DNA of 64,000 bases, from positions 18,984 to 82,983 of the forward strand of contig MU626349.1 of the NCBI GenBank assembly GCA_025603075.1, in the 5' to 3' direction. The stretch is from Neoconidiobolus thromboides FSU 785 (lineage: Eukaryota > Fungi > Entomophthoromycota). The notes below the pieces were generated by a model. The model did no database searches and was not told the origin of the DNA. It worked only from the letters and a program-made list of their open reading frames with translations. Shown piece by piece: positions 62,966 to 64,000 of the stretch (position 1 is the stretch's first letter; each line of letters begins with the position of its first letter). The position numbers and the translations under genes were made by a program.

Positions 62966-64000
62966 ATGTATGCTAAAATATTTTATAATAAGTTGAAATC
63001 AACTAGAGCTCCTATTAAATCTCCTATTTTATTTTCAATATCAGTAATTATTATTGCTTTATTATTGATAAGCGTAAAAGTTGATGCAAATAATAAAAAG
63101 TAATTAATGATTATATTATTTAACTAATAAGTTAATGATTATTAGATGTTTACCAAGGTTGCCAGAAACAGATTTAGAAGCTTATGCTATCTATAATGCA
63201 GAGATTTTAGTATATCAAGCTAACAACTATAGCTATGTAGACTCGATGGTAATATCAGATGGTAAATTTGAGTTCATTGGCAAGCATCAGGAACTAAGGA
63301 AAAAGTATCCAAACATTAAGTCCTATAATCTTAATGGATATACAATACAACCTGGATTGATTGATGCCCATACTCATATATTACGTCGAGGAAGACAAAT
63401 GCTACAGGTAGATTTAAGAGACTCAACTTCAGTTTCTATAGTATGTGAGCGTATTGGACAACACTTCTTGAGTTCTGAAAAAGTCCCTTTTATTCAAGGT
63501 TTTGGTTGGGACCAAAACTTAATGAACAATCAAATCTTCCCAACTTATAAAGATTTGGCTTTTGATCAAACAAAATACCCTGGATTAGATGATATCCCAA
63601 TCTCTTTATCTCGTGTAGATGCACATGGTGTTTGGATTAATAAAGCTGCTTTGAATTTAGTAATACAAGCAAATCCAAGTATAATCGATCCTAAATTTTC
63701 AGTTCCTGGTGGAGATGTCATTCGAGATAGTAATGGCTATCCTACTGGAGTGTTTATTGACAACGCACAAACGTTAGTAACAAGATTAATTCCAAAACCC
63801 ACTGAGAAAATGGAGCTATTAGCCTTAGATAGTATCACTAGGGAAATGTTAAGTTATGGCTTAACTGGAGCCCACGATGCTGGAGTGAACCTTGATGAAT
63901 TGGCGGTGTTCCAAAAAGCTTTAAAGCAGGATAATCTACCAGTTCGTATCTATTCTATGATAAAATGTGCTCAAAATGTAGAATTTTGTGATGAAAAAAG
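62966..64000 (+). CDS. Amidohydrolase-3 (YtcJ-like) metal-dependent hydrolase, runs off the window; intron at about 63100-63145
   Basis: Hydrophobic N-terminal segment, then PGLIDAHTH, GFGWDQN, SRVDAHGVWINKAAL, PTGVFIDNA, GLTGAHDAG. Confidence 0.88.

Overview
Gene-dense window from a very AT-rich fungal genome with short (about 45-60 nt) GT-AG introns. The gene content and style suggest an early-diverging fungus, possibly Entomophthoromycotina (inference). I read about 27 intact housekeeping genes: RRP12 3' end, RED/IK, PKA catalytic subunit, a PHD protein, importin-7/Nmd5, RPB10, LIP5, PNO1, IF1, a YFH7-like kinase, cytochrome c heme lyase, myosin light chain, ERV46, eIF3m, RBM48, MIS12, a membrane hypothetical, TPC1, ADHFE1, a Kin1/MARK kinase, mS34, thymidylate synthase, Sec14-RhoGAP, CorA, DUF1115, a Bub1-like kinase, snapin, VDAC, cofilin and an amidohydrolase. 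Several of these are invisible to the ORF track because of introns. The main non-genic signal is an approximately 97-bp non-autonomous DNA transposon (MITE) in 13 copies. It has about 14-bp terminal inverted repeats (GGGGATGTWTTTTT...AAAAATACATCCCC) and 4-bp target-site duplications (ATAT, ATAC/GTAT, AAAT). Copies cluster in the longer intergenic islands, form two tail-to-tail palindromes and one triple cluster, interrupt a kelch-membrane pseudogene, and show strong CpG decay suggestive of 5mC. Other leads are an intronless divergent Bub1-like kinase, a chromo-like/PHD/chromo-like protein with no ATPase, and a U1-like folded ncRNA candidate next to cofilin. All calls were made by eye; no database search was run.
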